DNA of 64,000 nucleotides from an uncultured Pirellulaceae bacterium (GTDB taxonomy: Bacteria > Planctomycetota > Planctomycetia > Pirellulales > Pirellulaceae): assembly GCA_964486845.1 (NCBI GenBank), contig CAZAQY010000007.1, positions 1,688 through 65,687 of the forward strand, written 5' to 3'. A program made the translations under genes and the position numbers. Positions 31,901 to 34,900 of the stretch are shown one piece after another (position 1 is the first letter of the stretch; every line of letters begins with the position of its first letter). The notes under the pieces were generated by a model that worked only from the letters and a program-made list of their open reading frames with translations, was not told where the DNA came from and made no database searches.

Positions 31901-34900
31901 GGTGGCGTTGCTGGCCAGGACCAGGCCTCCAAAAGTGTGGAAGTCGGGCACATAGACCGTGTCCAATAGAACGTGGACGATGTCGGTGTCATCCCACACG
32001 CTTTGCGTGGTCAGCGTTTGGCCGCGAACCACCATGCCGTTGATCTCGTTGTTGTCCAGCCGATTGGCGAGAATCAGCGGCCCCTGGTTGTCGCGATAAC
32101 CTCCCACACGGTCGATCGCTCCGGTCGTGCGCCCCGTGTCCCGTTTCAGGACGTAATTCAGGGCGTTGACGTTGATGCTGATCGCCGGAACGGCGACGTT
32201 GGGATTGCTGGGGGTGTTGGTGCGGTCTGCATCGGGGTTGTTGCGGAAGATGTTGTTGTAGATCACCGGCTGTGCCTGCCGCACGAAGACCACGCCCGGT
32301 TCGTTGAAGCCTCGGCCGAAGCGGTCGAGTTCGCCCTGGCCGCCCTGGCCGGGCCCGTTGAACTCGAAAATCGAATTGGCGACCCGAGCCTCGGCGTGGT
32401 CGTGGACCTCCACCACGTTGAAGCCCGTGAAAGTGCCCTCGACGCGCGTCACGCCGCCGCCGTAGGCGAACACGGCGTGATCGATGCTCAGGTTCGACAA
32501 GTGCCCGACGTAGATGCCGCCCCAATTGCCCGCCGCCGGATCGTTCGACGTGCCGGTGATGATGGCGCCGTCATTTCCCGTATCGAAGTTGCCGCCGGCG
32601 CCGTAGCGATCATCGGAAATCGAGGTGAAGATCATCTCGCGTCCGTCACTGCCCTCGGCGATCATCTGCGCGCCCATCTCCAACTCGAACCGCGCGCCGT
32701 CCAGTTTCACGACGACCGAAGGATCAATCATCAACCGGGCGTCCGGCCGCCCGTGCAAAACAACGTTGTCCAGAACCGCGTTTTGAGGGATCTCCCGGTA
32801 CCGCGGATCATCGGCCGGACCGTAACTCCCGTCGTCGTCGAACTGCGTCAGGGGCGAGTATCCGCCCGTGCTCAGCGTGTCATCCAATTCCGCGATCAGC
32901 TGGTACTCGCTGTAACCGTTGCCGTCGCCCAAGTCCACGCTGCGATAGATGCGCCGTCCGACGAACCCTTGCGCCGGGGCGGCCAGCGGCAGGTTGTCGA
33001 GCGTGACAATTCCGTCACCGGGCGTTCCAAATTCCGTGGGATTGCCGGTGATGGCGATCGCCGCCGTCGCGTCGGAGGCCCGCGAGTCTTGGCCGAGCGA
33101 ATCCACATAGGTAATCCGATATCGGTACGTGCCGGGCAGCAGGCTTCCTGACGGATTGCTGGACAGAACCACCCCCGTGACGGGCGGCAGGTCGAGGAAT
33201 TGGCCACGCGTCTTTCCCACGTCCTTGTAGGTCGCGTCCAGACGATTTAACTCGGCCACCAAGGCATAGGGCCCTTGGTTCTCGCTGCGGTACAGGCGGC
33301 GGGCGACATACCCGGAGGGCGCCGGCGGAAGTTGTGTGAACTGCACCGCGCGTCCCGTCCCCGTGAGCGTCACCGCCATGTTGACCGACGCCGGGCTTTC
33401 ATAACCGAACCGATCGACGTACACGAGCCGGTACGAGTACTCGACAGGCGTGAGTCCCGGGTTGAGACTGCCCCCGGTTGCCGGCGTCATCACCACCAGG
33501 GCCACCGCGGGCGCGGTGACACGCTCCAGCGCTCCGCCGGGTTGGGAAGCGATCGCCAGGTTTTCGCTCATGATGTGGACGATGTCCGCGTCGTCCCAGC
33601 GCCCGGAGACGGTCAGCTTCTGAGCGGTGCTGCCGGCCTGGGTGCCTATCCGCACGAACAGGCCGTTCACCGAATTGTCGACGAGTTGGTTGTGATGGAT
33701 CTCCGGCCCGATCCGCTGGTAGTCGGAGGTAAACGGGATCCGCTGGTGACGCGGCGAGTGGAAATTGGTTTCCTCAAAACTGTCCGGACTGGCAGAGATC
33801 GCCGCGTCCGCGCTGCGGTAGATCCGGTTGTACGTCAAGGTCGGCCGGGCGTCCGTCAAGTGAATCGGATTGATCGTGCGGGGCACCGAATTGATCAGCA
33901 CGGTGCCGCCACCGTACCGAATATCGGCGTAGTTCATGTAGTTCAGGAAGATGCCCTCTTCCTCGTACAGGAAGGCGCCCTGGGAGCGGTCGACGTCGTT
34001 GCGGAACTCGATCCCGCCCCAGTCGCCCGCCGCCGGCGAAGTAACGTACGGATTCGTGTCCAGACCCACGTCCTGATCGTTGTACGACGTGAAGTACACG
34101 CTGCCCGCCGCCTTCGCGCCGCTGCCGCTCTGCACCACGGCGTCCCCGAGGTCCAAGCCTCCGTTCGCGTTGCTGTCCGTCAGCAGGATGGGAGTGCCCA
34201 GCACCTGGAACGCTCCGCCGCTGCGGTCGATGCCCACCGCGCTGCTGCCGACGCCGATGCGAGCACGCCGCATCTGGAAGATCGCCCCCGCGTCCACCAT
34301 TACGGTCACGCCGCGGGGGACCTCCAACGTCGGACCGTCCGGCAAAGGCGCGCCCAGACTGTTGAAGCCGATCTGATAGGCTTTATTGTCGGCCAGCGTG
34401 GCCCAATTCGCGTCGCGGCCCGGGTTGCCCACAACGCGGACGATGTCCCCCGGACCGGCCTTGCTGAGCGCCGTGGCCAGATTGTTGTACGGGGCGCTCA
34501 GCGTGCCCGATCCCGAACCGGTCGCCGGCGCGTACGACTTGTCTACGAAAATCGTCTCGGCCGCGCTGGTCGGCGTCCCACTCAGCAGCGCCGGCGCCGT
34601 CTTGAACCAGAAGTTGTAGACCCCGCCGGGAACGCCGTCCCCGTCGCCGTCCAGGAACGTGGGACCGCTCGGATCGTTCGGATTGTCGATGTCGGCGATC
34701 GCTTCCTTGACGTCCGGACGATAAGTCAGCCGCAGTTCGTACTCGCCCTGCGTCGTGCCGCCGAACCCGGAATCCTCGATGGCCGGGTCGTACTCCTCGT
34801 TGCCGCTGGCACTCACGCCGACGTAGTACGTGCCGGGAGCGAGGTCCAATTCCAGGTACGAGTCGCGGCCAAAGTAGTTGTCGTTCCGCGCCAGCAGTTC

